From Anaerolineae bacterium (GTDB taxonomy: Bacteria; Chloroflexota; Anaerolineae; Aggregatilineales; Aggregatilineaceae): a DNA stretch of 64,000 nt. Both the position numbers and the translations under genes were made by a program. The stretch covers positions 11,701 to 75,700 of the forward strand of contig JAFGHR010000121.1 in the NCBI GenBank assembly GCA_016930015.1, given 5' to 3'. Positions 10,748-19,977 of this stretch are shown in pieces (the stretch's first letter is position 1; the number at the start of each line of letters is the position of its first letter). A model generated the notes under the pieces. The model searched no databases, was not told where the DNA came from, and saw only the letters and a program-made list of their open reading frames with translations.

Positions 10748-10773
10748 CGCGTTGACGGATTGGGAGGAAGTTG

Positions 10774-11352
10774 ATGGATATCCAGCACCTGGTTGACCGT
10801 CTTGAAGACTTGATCGACGAAGGCCGTCACGTACCATTTAGCAAATATACATTGATCGACGAAGAACACGCATTAGAAATCATCGACCAGATGCGTATTT
10901 CGGTTCCAGAACAGATCGAAAAAGCGGTCCGGCTGATTAACCAGCGCGATCGTATTATGGCCCAGGCCACCGAGGAATCCGAGCGGATTGTCAACCTGGC
11001 TAAAGAACAAAGTAACGAATTGGTCAAGCGGGATGCCATTGTCCAGACTGCCGAACATCGAGCCGCAAACGTGATTGAGCAAGCCCGACGCGAAGCGGAA
11101 GGCATTCGCACTGAAGCCGATAATTATGTTCTGGAAGTGCTCAAAGAACTTGAAACCCAGTTGATCCGCAACTTGTCTGTTGCGCGTAATGGTATGGCGA
11201 AAATTACGGAAGAACGCGAAGCCAATCGTGAGCGGATTCTGTCCATTGTTGAACACACCGCATCCGAAGTAAAAGCCCATGCTCAGGCCCTGGTTGACGC
11301 CGAATCACAGGTCGAAACATCGGTACAGCCGGGTAAGTCAACTATCAGTTAA
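10774..11352 (+). CDS. coiled-coil protein of unknown function (ATP synthase b / DivIVA-like heptad-rich)
   Basis: ATG after GGGAGGAAG. The sequence is charged and helical (AQATEESERIVNLAKEQSNELVKRDAIVQTAEHRAANVIEQARREAEGIR) with no catalytic motif. Confidence 0.6.
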   Translation: MDIQHLVDRLEDLIDEGRHVPFSKYTLIDEEHALEIIDQMRISVPEQIEKAVRLINQRDRIMAQATEESERIVNLAKEQSNELVKRDAIVQTAEHRAANVIEQARREAEGIRTEADNYVLEVLKELETQLIRNLSVARNGMAKITEEREANRERILSIVEHTASEVKAHAQALVDAESQVETSVQPGKSTIS

Positions 11353-11370
11353 GCTGAGCATAACCGGCTC

Positions 11371-11400
11371 TTGACAGGTACTTGCTGACTACTTTATAAT
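11371..11400 (+). promoter_or_regulatory. sigma-70-type promoter upstream of rpmF
   Basis: TTGACA (11371-11376), an 18-nt spacer, then TATAAT (11395-11400). Confidence 0.6.
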
Positions 11401-11458
11401 CTTGCATGTTGTCCGGACATTTTGCCGTGACCAACATGTGGCGAAGGAGAACGTTGTT

Positions 11459-11644
11459 ATGGGTCCGCTGCCCAAGCGAAAAGTTTCGAAAACGCGCCGT
11501 AACAAGCGCCGCGCGCACGATCATCTGTCACTCCAACACCTGGTTGTCTGCGAAGAATGCAATAATTACAAGCCAGCACATCAGGTTTGCCCTCATTGCG
11601 GAACCTATGGTGGTCGCGAAGTGCTGACAATTGAGGAAGATTAA
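11459..11644 (+). CDS. rpmF: 50S ribosomal protein L32
   Basis: ATG after AAGGAGA. The sequence MGPLPKRKVSKTRRNKRRAH with CxxC...CxxC is typical of zinc-type L32. Confidence 0.9.
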   Translation: MGPLPKRKVSKTRRNKRRAHDHLSLQHLVVCEECNNYKPAHQVCPHCGTYGGREVLTIEED

Positions 11645-11671
11645 CACTAGTTTTGCCTGGTATGTGGTGGG

Positions 11672-11705
11672 GCCGTGCCGTGTTACGCACGGCTCTTTAC
11701 GTTTC
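11672..11705 (+). terminator. hairpin terminator after rpmF
   Basis: GCCGTGC / GCACGGC stem followed by the T-rich TCTTTACGTTTC. Confidence 0.5.
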
Positions 11706-11793
11706 TCCTAAAACCACACATCCACGTGTTCAATCACCAGGCCGTGGGCAGCATGCCCGGCTGCTTTAACAGGTCAACATGCGGAGGAAAATT

Positions 11794-12750
11794 ATGATTG
11801 ACTGGACCAAAACAGCATTTGTATTTCCGGGGCAAGGTTCACAGCATGTAGGGATGGGTCAAGACCTGGTCAAGACTTACCCCGAAGCTGAAGCCACCTT
11901 TGGCCTGGCCGATGAACTATTAGGTGTTTCGCTCAGCGACCTGTGTTTTAATGGTCCATCAGAAACACTCAATGACACGGTGAACACCCAACCAGCCCTA
12001 TTCGTTATGGGCGTTGCGCTGCTGCGTATCCTCAACACAGCGTTTGAAGGCGATCTGCATCCCGCTTTTGTTGCAGGACACAGTCTGGGTGAATTCACAG
12101 CATTAACCGCTGCGAATGCGCTTAGTTTTGCCAGCGGCTTAAAACTGGTGCGTGAACGTGGGCGCTTGATGAAAGAAGCGGGCACACGCGAGCCGGGGGC
12201 TATGGCCGCCATCCTGGGACTTGACGCCGATACTATTCAAGCCGTTTGTACCGAGGCCAGCCAACACACCGGCAAACGCCTGGTACTGGCTAACGATAAC
12301 TGTCCCGGTCAACTTGTTATTTCCGGTGACAAAGAAGCCGTCGAAGTCGCGCTGCCGCTTGCGCAAGACCGCGGCGCCAAACGGGTTGTGCTGCTCGCTG
12401 TCAGTGTGGCTTCACATTCACCACTCATGCAGTCCATATGTGACGAGTTCCGTACCACATTACAGACGATTTCGTTCACGCCCCCCGCTATCCCCGTTAT
12501 CGGCAATGTGAACGCCGCGCCGCTTGATAGCATCGATAATATCCGGAACGAATTGGGCGACCAGCTTTTGTCGACGGTACGCTGGACCGAATCGGTTCAT
12601 TTTATGCGTGATGCGGGTATAGAAACATTCATCGAACTGGGGCCGAAAGACGTCCTCAGTGGACTGCTCAAGCGCATTGATCGCTCGGCGCAGCGGATCG
12701 CGCTAAACTCGGTCGAAAGCGTCGATCAGTTTTTAAAACAGCATATCTGA
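11794..12750 (+). CDS. fabD: malonyl-CoA:ACP transacylase
   Basis: ATG after GGAGGA. Motifs FVFPGQGSQ and the active-site GHSLGEF are present. Confidence 0.92.
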   Translation: MIDWTKTAFVFPGQGSQHVGMGQDLVKTYPEAEATFGLADELLGVSLSDLCFNGPSETLNDTVNTQPALFVMGVALLRILNTAFEGDLHPAFVAGHSLGEFTALTAANALSFASGLKLVRERGRLMKEAGTREPGAMAAILGLDADTIQAVCTEASQHTGKRLVLANDNCPGQLVISGDKEAVEVALPLAQDRGAKRVVLLAVSVASHSPLMQSICDEFRTTLQTISFTPPAIPVIGNVNAAPLDSIDNIRNELGDQLLSTVRWTESVHFMRDAGIETFIELGPKDVLSGLLKRIDRSAQRIALNSVESVDQFLKQHI

Positions 12751-12800
12751 TTGGTCATTTTCCATACCACACTGTGCATGTTGCATAAGAAAACATGATA

Positions 12801-12844
12801 TGTCCGGGCAGGTCTTACGGATTTCTGCCACGGACATTTTTTTT
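12801..12844 (+). terminator. rho-independent terminator after fabD
   Basis: TGTCCGGGCAG ... CTGCCACGGACA stem followed by eight T. Confidence 0.8.
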
Positions 12845-12871
12845 CTTGTCCAAAGCATACAATTTCTTCAC

Positions 12872-12899
12872 TTGAATAGAGCCATTTTCGCAATATAAT
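12872..12899 (+). promoter_or_regulatory. sigma-70-type promoter upstream of glnA
   Basis: TTGAAT, a 16-nt spacer, then TATAAT, about 45 nt upstream of the glnA ATG. Confidence 0.55.
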
Positions 12900-12943
12900 G
12901 TCGCCGCAGTTCCGATTTTAAAGTCAGGAGGCCAGCGGACGTT

Positions 12944-14287
12944 ATGGACAACAAAGCCAAAGAAATTCTCGAAATCACTAAGGCCGAAGGTGTGCAGTTC
13001 ATCGACCTGCAGTTTACGGACATTTTTGGCACCACAAAAAGTGTAACCATTCCTAGCTCGGGTTTGGAAGAAGCGCTTGAACGCGGCGTATGGTTTGATG
13101 GTTCCTCGATTCAGGGGTTCGCCCGTATTCAAGAATCAGACATGTTTCTTCAACCTGATCCAGTGACGTACCGCATTCTGCCCTGGACGCGTAACGGTGA
13201 TTCCAACAAGCTGCGTGCGCGGGTTATCTGTGACGTTCATAACCCTGACGGCAGCCCATTTGAAGGTGATCCGCGCTACGCGCTCAAACGCGCGATAGCA
13301 CATGCTGAAGAACTAGGGCTTACGTACAACACCGGACCAGAACTTGAGTTTTTCCTGTTTCGTGAAAATGGCACAACTGCCGTTCCTCATGACGTTGGCG
13401 GCTATTTTGACTTCTCCCCCGGCGACGAGGCTCAGCGTGTGCGCAGTGATATTATCCAGTCCCTGCTAGCCCTTCGCATTCATGTTGAAATGAGCCATCA
13501 CGAAGTAGCGATCGGGCAGCACGAAATCGACTTCCGATATGAAAACGCGCTGCATTCCGCCGATAACGCGATTACGTTCAAATACACGGTAAAAGGTATC
13601 GCAGCCAAGCATGGCCTGTTCGCAACCTTTATGCCTAAACCCATATTCGGCGCCAACGGCAGCGGTATGCACGTACACCAAAGCCTGGTTGACGTCGAAT
13701 CAGGCGACAGCGCCATGTACGATCCTGATGGTGAATTTTCCCTGTCGGAAACCGCTCGCCAGTTTGTGGCCGGCCAGTTAACACATGCCCGTGCCCTTGC
13801 CGCCGTGGTTGCGCCTACCGTCAACAGTTACAAACGCCTGACCCCAGGTTACGAAGCACCGGTTTATGTGTGCTGGGCACAGCGCAACCGGTCAGCCCTG
13901 ATCCGTGTTCCGCGTTATTCGCCAGGCCGTGAACAAAGTACACGCGTTGAACTGCGTTTTCCCGATCCGGGCTGCTGTCCGTATCTGGCATTCGCCGTGA
14001 TGCTTGAAGCCGGGTTGGATGGCATCGAAAAAGGGTTGCAGCCACCAGCCGCCGTCAGCGACGATGTGTTCCACTGGACACAAAAAGAACTTGAAGAACG
14101 CGGAGTGGATGTTCTACCCGGTACGTTAGAAGAAGCGCTTGACGAATTGGCCGGTGATCCTGTCGTGCTTGAAGCGCTTGGTGAGCACATCTATACTCAC
14201 TACAATCGTGCCAAGCGTGCTGAATGGGACGACTACCGGATTCATGTCACCCAGTGGGAACTGGATCGTTATCTCTCAACTCTCTAG
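12944..14287 (+). CDS. glnA: glutamine synthetase, type I (no adenylylation Tyr motif seen)
   Basis: 447 aa with HHEVAIGQHEIDF and GSGMHVHQSL. The region equivalent to NLYDLP reads DDVFHWT. Confidence 0.92.
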   Translation: MDNKAKEILEITKAEGVQFIDLQFTDIFGTTKSVTIPSSGLEEALERGVWFDGSSIQGFARIQESDMFLQPDPVTYRILPWTRNGDSNKLRARVICDVHNPDGSPFEGDPRYALKRAIAHAEELGLTYNTGPELEFFLFRENGTTAVPHDVGGYFDFSPGDEAQRVRSDIIQSLLALRIHVEMSHHEVAIGQHEIDFRYENALHSADNAITFKYTVKGIAAKHGLFATFMPKPIFGANGSGMHVHQSLVDVESGDSAMYDPDGEFSLSETARQFVAGQLTHARALAAVVAPTVNSYKRLTPGYEAPVYVCWAQRNRSALIRVPRYSPGREQSTRVELRFPDPGCCPYLAFAVMLEAGLDGIEKGLQPPAAVSDDVFHWTQKELEERGVDVLPGTLEEALDELAGDPVVLEALGEHIYTHYNRAKRAEWDDYRIHVTQWELDRYLSTL

Positions 14288-14326
14288 GCCGCACCCAACG
14301 CCAGTTAGTTGATTTTCCGCACCAGC

Positions 14327-14362
14327 ATAGGGCAGTTGTTAACAACTGCCCTATTGCTTTGT
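14327..14362 (+). terminator. hairpin terminator after glnA
   Basis: Perfect palindrome ATAGGGCAGTTGTT/AACAACTGCCCTAT followed by TGCTTTGTGT. Confidence 0.65.
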
Positions 14363-14416
14363 GTATAGGATGATGGGAAAATGTTTGACAGCGTATTGCA
14401 CCCAACGAGGCACCCA

Positions 14417-14932
14417 ATGACTTTACCAAGCAGCGCCAGTCACAAAGCCGCAGCCGCTCAACAAGGACCGGTTGCTGTCGCCATTGTCACAGTCAGCGAC
14501 TCCCGCACACCCGAAACCGATGAAAACGCAGCCTACCTGCGTGAGCAAATCGAGGCTGCCGGACAACGTGTCACCGACTACCGGCTGATCAAGGATGATA
14601 CCGAACAAGTCAGCGCCGTTCTTGACGAACTGGTTACGGGCCAAGCGCAAATCATACTGTTTAACGGCGGCACCGGAATCTCCCCGCGTGACCGTACTTT
14701 TGATGCTTTGAGCCGCAAGCTCGAAAAAACACTGCCCGGATTCGGCGAGTTGTTCCGTATGCTCAGCTACGAACAGGTCGGCTCAGCCGCCATGCTCTCA
14801 CGAGCGACAGCCGGTGTCTATCGAAACCGCGTGATCATATCAACACCCGGCTCGCCCGACGCGATACGCCTGGCGTGGGAAAAACTGATCGCACCCGAAT
14901 TACAGCACTTAGCCTGGGAAGTGATCCGCTAA
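14417..14932 (+). CDS. moaB: molybdenum cofactor biosynthesis protein MoaB/MogA family
   Basis: [10 protein letters not shown] and GGTGISPRD motifs. The start was chosen at the internal ATG (MTLPSS...). Confidence 0.8.
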   Translation: MTLPSSASHKAAAAQQGPVAVAIVTVSDSRTPETDENAAYLREQIEAAGQRVTDYRLIKDDTEQVSAVLDELVTGQAQIILFNGGTGISPRDRTFDALSRKLEKTLPGFGELFRMLSYEQVGSAAMLSRATAGVYRNRVIISTPGSPDAIRLAWEKLIAPELQHLAWEVIR

Positions 14933-14987
14933 GGCCTGGGCTGATCCCGGATCTGCCGGAGACAAAAAATGTCCCGTACTGGGATTA

Positions 14988-16160
14988 TCACACTTCCGAA
15001 AGGAACACTCTTCCCCCAACCGAGATTGGAAACAGCCACGGTCCGGTAATTCGTCTAATTTCCTCGCCCTGAGACGAACCGTCCAGTGAGGTTCCGTGCA
15101 AGCTGTCAACCGTCAATGTCCATTCCTCTGGCTCACCCCGGTACGGAGCCAGAAAATCGATAACTGCACATGATTGTTCGCCTGTCTTATACATCTGGGG
15201 AGCAATCCCAATGAATCCGGTATCAGAAACCTCCTCCTGACTAGTGTTAAGCTTCGCTTCGGGCAGCCAGGCAAGGGCTGCATCGACACCATCCATGCAC
15301 AGGGTCAGTTGAGTTGATGATGGTGTAACCGAGATGTGCTCAAGTGTTATAGTGACATCGCTTACGCTCTGGCTGATGCGCGACTCAATAATCGTGGCTG
15401 GGATAAAAGGCACGGCAAAATCAAAATGAAATGGGCCAATCTCTATAGCCGGATATTGTTCTGGTATTTCCACTTGTCCGCTGGGCTGCTGTCCGACCGG
15501 CGCCATCTTCATTTGCAGACGTATTTCCAATTGCAGCACCAGATCCGATGGATCACCCGTGATCGAGGTCGCGTCAAAATTCGCGCTGCCGGACAACGAC
15601 CAACTCGTACGCGGGATAGGTGTTGGAGCGTCACCCTCATCCCCAGGGCCGCCACCTCCTCCCCCACCGCCGCCACCGCCACCGCCACCACCAAAGATTA
15701 CTGGCAGGGAAGTTCCATCCTCCAGTTGAAGATTAAACGCAGGAACAATTCCAACAGGCCGGTAGGACGAGTCCGGCTGTGTTACTGAGAAGAAAATGGC
15801 AACCCGGTGTTGATCCGCGTATACCCAATCGAGGGTTGCCGTGACTCCGTCGATGGTTTGGCTTTCTGCTAACTCCACGCCGAATTGATCATCGTGAGCT
15901 TGCTGCAAACCGGGATCGAAATCTGGCACGAGGATTGAAAGATGCCGCATGGCATAGACCCCCGCACTCACAAACAGCAGCAGCACGATGCCCCCAACGG
16001 CAAACACCGTCGCCCAACGCAAAGACATTCTAACCTTTCGATGGTGGCGCGGCCTGGCAGCGCGAAGTTGTGACTCTATCCTGAGCCAGAGGTCAGTATG
16101 TTGTGCAGTGCGCCGTCGGGCAACGTTTTGTAAGGCTTCCTTGAAAGACTTCTCGTTCAC
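14988..16160 (-). CDS. membrane-anchored anti-sigma factor-like protein (DUF4179-like) with a poly-Gly tract
   Basis: GTG start after AGGAGAG, 12 nt downstream of the ECF sigma stop. It has a short cytoplasmic N-terminus, a single TM (WATVFAVGGIVLLLFVSAGVYA) and an extracytoplasmic domain. Confidence 0.7.
   Translation of the reverse strand: MNEKSFKEALQNVARRRTAQHTDLWLRIESQLRAARPRHHRKVRMSLRWATVFAVGGIVLLLFVSAGVYAMRHLSILVPDFDPGLQQAHDDQFGVELAESQTIDGVTATLDWVYADQHRVAIFFSVTQPDSSYRPVGIVPAFNLQLEDGTSLPVIFGGGGGGGGGGGGGGGPGDEGDAPTPIPRTSWSLSGSANFDATSITGDPSDLVLQLEIRLQMKMAPVGQQPSGQVEIPEQYPAIEIGPFHFDFAVPFIPATIIESRISQSVSDVTITLEHISVTPSSTQLTLCMDGVDAALAWLPEAKLNTSQEEVSDTGFIGIAPQMYKTGEQSCAVIDFLAPYRGEPEEWTLTVDSLHGTSLDGSSQGEEIRRITGPWLFPISVGGRVFLSEV
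15648..15692 (-). repeat. simple-sequence tract: 15 consecutive glycine codons (GGN)15
   Basis: The minus strand reads ggt ggt ggc ggt ggc ggt ggc ggc ggt ggg gga gga ggt ggc ggc, inside the anti-sigma ORF. Confidence 0.9.
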
Positions 16161-16172
16161 CGTTCTCTCCTA

Positions 16173-16763
16173 TCAACCCGAGGACGAACGATCCGGTGCC
16201 AGGTGATGCAACCATACACCTAACTGTTTTCGCGCCGCATGCAGTCTCCACCGCACCGTGCCGGGTGCGCAGTCCAGGTATGTGGAGATTTCAGCGTCGG
16301 TGAGTTCCAGGTAATAGCGCAGCACAATCGCGGCACGCTGTTCGGGAACGAGACGGCGCAAGGCCTCTTCGATGACTGTTTCAAGCTCCGCTTGTTCGAA
16401 CAGATCGTCCGGTCCAGGGGCGAAATCAGGCAAGATTTCACTCAGAGAAATGTCGTCAGGCCCGTCTTCGCCTGTGACGGGTTTGTTCAGTGCCAGATCG
16501 CGAGACTCGCGCCGTGCCGCTTTGACTGCGGCATTCACCACGCTGCGCATCAACCAGGGCCTGACGGGGCGCGATAGATCAAAGCGCCCGATATACTGAT
16601 ACACCTGTAGAAACACGTCCTGTACCACATCTTCAGCCAATGCAAGATCGTGAGTGATAAGGTAGGCTGTTTCAATCGCCGGTGACTGGTAGCGTTTCAC
16701 CAGCACGGCAAGCCCCCCGATATCGCCTGCTTTCAGCCTGCGAATAGCTTGTTGATCATCCAC
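16173..16763 (-). CDS. RNA polymerase ECF-type sigma-70 factor
   Basis: Region 2 is DVVQDVFLQVYQ and region 4 is LTDAEISTYLDCAPGTVRWRLHAARKQL. The likely start is GTG after GGAGG. The ORF-track TTG at 16808 adds an implausible MCCCCPDGG leader. Confidence 0.88.
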   Translation of the reverse strand: MDDQQAIRRLKAGDIGGLAVLVKRYQSPAIETAYLITHDLALAEDVVQDVFLQVYQYIGRFDLSRPVRPWLMRSVVNAAVKAARRESRDLALNKPVTGEDGPDDISLSEILPDFAPGPDDLFEQAELETVIEEALRRLVPEQRAAIVLRYYLELTDAEISTYLDCAPGTVRWRLHAARKQLGVWLHHLAPDRSSSG

Positions 16764-17015
16764 AAGCGCCTCCGACCATGTCCCTCCGTCCGGGCAGCAG
16801 CAACACAATACTCACGGTTTGCAGCTCTACACCCTGTGACGCTGCTGGCCGCTGATGTAGAAGCCGGTGGGTTGTTTTCGCCATTTGGATAATCGCAGCA
16901 GCAGATAACACAACCATAGTCGTTCAGCCAGCATCGGCAGTCGTTACAGCCAGGATAACATAAAATGGCCTCGTGACGCTGCTGGCAATCGAATAGGTGC
17001 CTATACGATCTCTAG

Positions 17016-17044
17016 TTGAAATTCTCTTGTTGTGTTTGAAATTC
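17016..17044. promoter_or_regulatory. direct repeat TTGAAATTC x2 (20-bp register); a third inverted copy lies at 17147-17155
   Basis: The motif was read directly at 17016-17024, at 17036-17044, and as GAATTTCAA at 17147-17155. All three lie upstream of the SBP-RR operon. Confidence 0.35.
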
Positions 17045-17253
17045 GCAGGTTGAAGGTGTCCGGACGTAATCCAGTCGAATGGGGTATGCCCAGGAACATG
17101 TACGACTGGGCGGTTTTGTCACATTGTGGCCAACTCAGCAATCACTGAATTTCAAACAGATCGCCGCATTACAAGCTAGAAATAGTGTATGCGAATTTGT
17201 GTGTGCCCAAACATGAATTACGGTTTATCCGCGTATAAAGGAGAATAAAAACC

Positions 17254-19848
17254 ATGAAATATGCCAAAAAAGCGGCATGGGTCTGTTTGATCGTCACGCT
17301 GGTGATCGGTCTGCTGCTCCCACTGCCCGTTTATTCCCAGGCGCAGAACGTCACGCTGACTCTATTAGTTCCCGCCTGGATGCAGAATGCGCTAAACCCG
17401 GCGTTTTTTGAACCATTTGAAGCAGCGCATCCCGGTGTGCGCGTGGAGCTTGCCCGCGATCCGGGTGTGCAGGGTTTTCTCTACGGCGCGCATGGTATAG
17501 AAACGTACCTGGAAACAGTGCAGCAATACGTCAGCGCGGCAGACGTGGTCTTCACCATAGGCGATCAATTCAATATTACCCCGGAAGCCACACAAGCTGG
17601 CCTTATCCTGGACTTAAGCCCACTCGCTGCGGCTGATCCGGACCTGGCTTCAGAAGACTTCTATGCGCCGATCTGGCAGTCCTGCCAATGGGATCAAGGC
17701 ATCTGGATGCTGCCCTTTGCGGCAGGTGTTAACCTGCTGGTTTATGACATACCGTCCTTTGACCGCGCGGGCCTGGCTTACCCCCATGAAGGCTGGACCA
17801 TGTCCGACATCGAAAATGCCGCGCGGGCGCTGTATCGTGATAGTAATGGGCTGCCGGGGTTAATCACGCTCGATCGTCTGGATATGTTACTTTACAGTCT
17901 GACCGGCGAGCCGTTTTATACCCCGGATGGCCCGGCGCTCACGCCGCGTTTCACAACGCCAACCCTTCAAGAACTGGTTCAAGCGTGGGCGGAACTCGAA
18001 AGCGAAGGCGCAGCCGTGCGTTATGGCGGTGGGGACTATAACATCATTCCCGCGAAAGTTGAATCGCCTTTTCGTCTTCTCGATGAAGCGGGGACCCAGC
18101 AATATGGAGTGTCCCTGCTGCCCGGCGGACGTGCCGGACTGACGGTGCGTGGGTTTGCGGTCAGCGCCGGTACTCAGCAGCCTGAACTGGCGTATGAACT
18201 CGCCAAGTACCTCAGCACAACGTCACAGTTGGCTAACTTGTTCCCAATGGATACACATGCACGGCAAAGCCTCAGCAACAACTTTGCCGCTTTTCCGCCC
18301 GACGTCCAACCCGTGTTACAGCGTGCGCTCACCAACGCCATCCCGACCTCGGACCTGCGTTACGGGATATACATCACCGATGCGATTTCGCTGGTAGTAG
18401 AGGGGCATGGGGATGTGCTCACCGCACTGCAAAATGCCGAAGCACAGGCGATCGATATTCAACACTATGCGGTCGAACAGAGAACATCTATTACCGTAAC
18501 TGTTGCCGAGCCGCCCGCGCAAGCACAGGTTGAGCCGGGGGAGATCGCGCTCCAATTCGGGGTTAATGTCCCGTTCCCACCTTTGCAGAATACTGAACTG
18601 TGGGACCGCGTTATCACCGATTTTGTCGCAGCGGACCCACAGGTCGGTCACGTCGAACTGGTTATCCAATCAGGAGCGCCGCAACCATTCGAGGATGTAG
18701 ACTGCTTCTTTTATCCCACTAACCAGTTGCCCACTCTGAATCTTGCCACCGTGCTTAACCTCGATCCGCTCATGACGGCTGATCCGGCTTTCGATACACA
18801 GGATGTGCTGCCGGGCGTGATGCAGCAGGTACAACGTGATGACATGACCTGGGCTTATCCGTTCGTGATACAACCCGCCGTGTTGTGGTATAATCCTGAT
18901 CTTTTCACACAAGCCGGTGTGCCGTCACCTGAGTCGGGTTGGACAGTAGAGCAGTTCGAAGACGCGCTGCACCAACTAAACAGCCTGCTGCCTGAAGACA
19001 TCCCGGTGTTTGTGCCACCTTCGGTTGGCAATTCGTATCTGCTGACGCTCTTCGCGGCATACGGCAGCCTGCCGCTGGATTACCGCACCGATCCTCCTAC
19101 GGTAAACCTGGCCGACCCCGCAACCATCGAGGGCATGCGGCACGTGTTAGACCTGGCTCGCGATGGGATCATAAACTTCCAGCAACTTAATATGTTGGGC
19201 GGCGGTGGCGGTTTTGGAGGTAATGAGCCTTCTCCCCTCTATGCCGATATGTTGAACATGTTCAGCTTCAGGCTGAGAGCACGCAGCGAATCGGGCGTGA
19301 GCAGCCCGCAACGTTTCGCCCCATATCCGCAAGGCAGCGACTATGTGCCGGTAGCTTATCAGCTTGGCGCGGGTTATATCAGCGTTGAAGCCGAAAGCCC
19401 GGAAGCATGTTACCGGTGGTTTAACGCCCTGGCCCAGCAGCCCGGCCTGTTTCCGGGTATGCCTGCGCGTTTTTCAAAGCTGGCTGATACTTCGCTTGCA
19501 GCAGCTCAAGGCGAGGTACTTGTCGCGTATTACCGGCTCTTCGCCGACATGCTGCAAAGCCCTGACGTGATTGTATTCCCGGAGTTGTTTGGCAGCAGTG
19601 GCGTACCGACCTCAGCCCACGTCGAGCAAATGTGGCTCAACGATGCCATCAACGACTATGTGTTACGCAGCGCTGACCTGGACACTGAGCTTGCCGAAGT
19701 GGAAACGCTGATCGCTGCGTATCGCGGTTGTGTTGATCAAATCCAACCCTTCGATCCTGCGTCTGAACCGGCGCGAGATCGGTACACATCCGAGGTGATC
19801 AACTGTGCATTTTTAGTCGATCCTGAGATGCAGACTCACATGCATTAA
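17254..19848 (+). CDS. secreted tandem (duplicated) extracellular solute-binding protein, family-1-like
   Basis: ATG after AAGGAGA, with a signal peptide MKYAKKAAWVCLIVTLVIGLLLPLPVYSQA. There are two SBP-like halves with parallel motifs (see findings). Confidence 0.8.
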   Translation: MKYAKKAAWVCLIVTLVIGLLLPLPVYSQAQNVTLTLLVPAWMQNALNPAFFEPFEAAHPGVRVELARDPGVQGFLYGAHGIETYLETVQQYVSAADVVFTIGDQFNITPEATQAGLILDLSPLAAADPDLASEDFYAPIWQSCQWDQGIWMLPFAAGVNLLVYDIPSFDRAGLAYPHEGWTMSDIENAARALYRDSNGLPGLITLDRLDMLLYSLTGEPFYTPDGPALTPRFTTPTLQELVQAWAELESEGAAVRYGGGDYNIIPAKVESPFRLLDEAGTQQYGVSLLPGGRAGLTVRGFAVSAGTQQPELAYELAKYLSTTSQLANLFPMDTHARQSLSNNFAAFPPDVQPVLQRALTNAIPTSDLRYGIYITDAISLVVEGHGDVLTALQNAEAQAIDIQHYAVEQRTSITVTVAEPPAQAQVEPGEIALQFGVNVPFPPLQNTELWDRVITDFVAADPQVGHVELVIQSGAPQPFEDVDCFFYPTNQLPTLNLATVLNLDPLMTADPAFDTQDVLPGVMQQVQRDDMTWAYPFVIQPAVLWYNPDLFTQAGVPSPESGWTVEQFEDALHQLNSLLPEDIPVFVPPSVGNSYLLTLFAAYGSLPLDYRTDPPTVNLADPATIEGMRHVLDLARDGIINFQQLNMLGGGGGFGGNEPSPLYADMLNMFSFRLRARSESGVSSPQRFAPYPQGSDYVPVAYQLGAGYISVEAESPEACYRWFNALAQQPGLFPGMPARFSKLADTSLAAAQGEVLVAYYRLFADMLQSPDVIVFPELFGSSGVPTSAHVEQMWLNDAINDYVLRSADLDTELAEVETLIAAYRGCVDQIQPFDPASEPARDRYTSEVINCAFLVDPEMQTHMH

Positions 19849-19977
19849 CCGCGTACCATAAAAAATGATTCGTAGAAGCAGGATATGGCCGATTCCATAC
19901 GGCCATATCCTGAAATTAGGTATCAATTGTGCCGGAAAACCATTCGCGCGGCTAAGGATACCATTCGTGAGGGAGAC

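Noticed and set aside
15600-15700. The repetitive GGN tract and the short intergenic direct repeats, considered as a possible CRISPR or tandem-repeat array.
   Set aside because: There is no repeat-spacer periodicity and no cas genes. The GGN tract is in frame inside a coding sequence.
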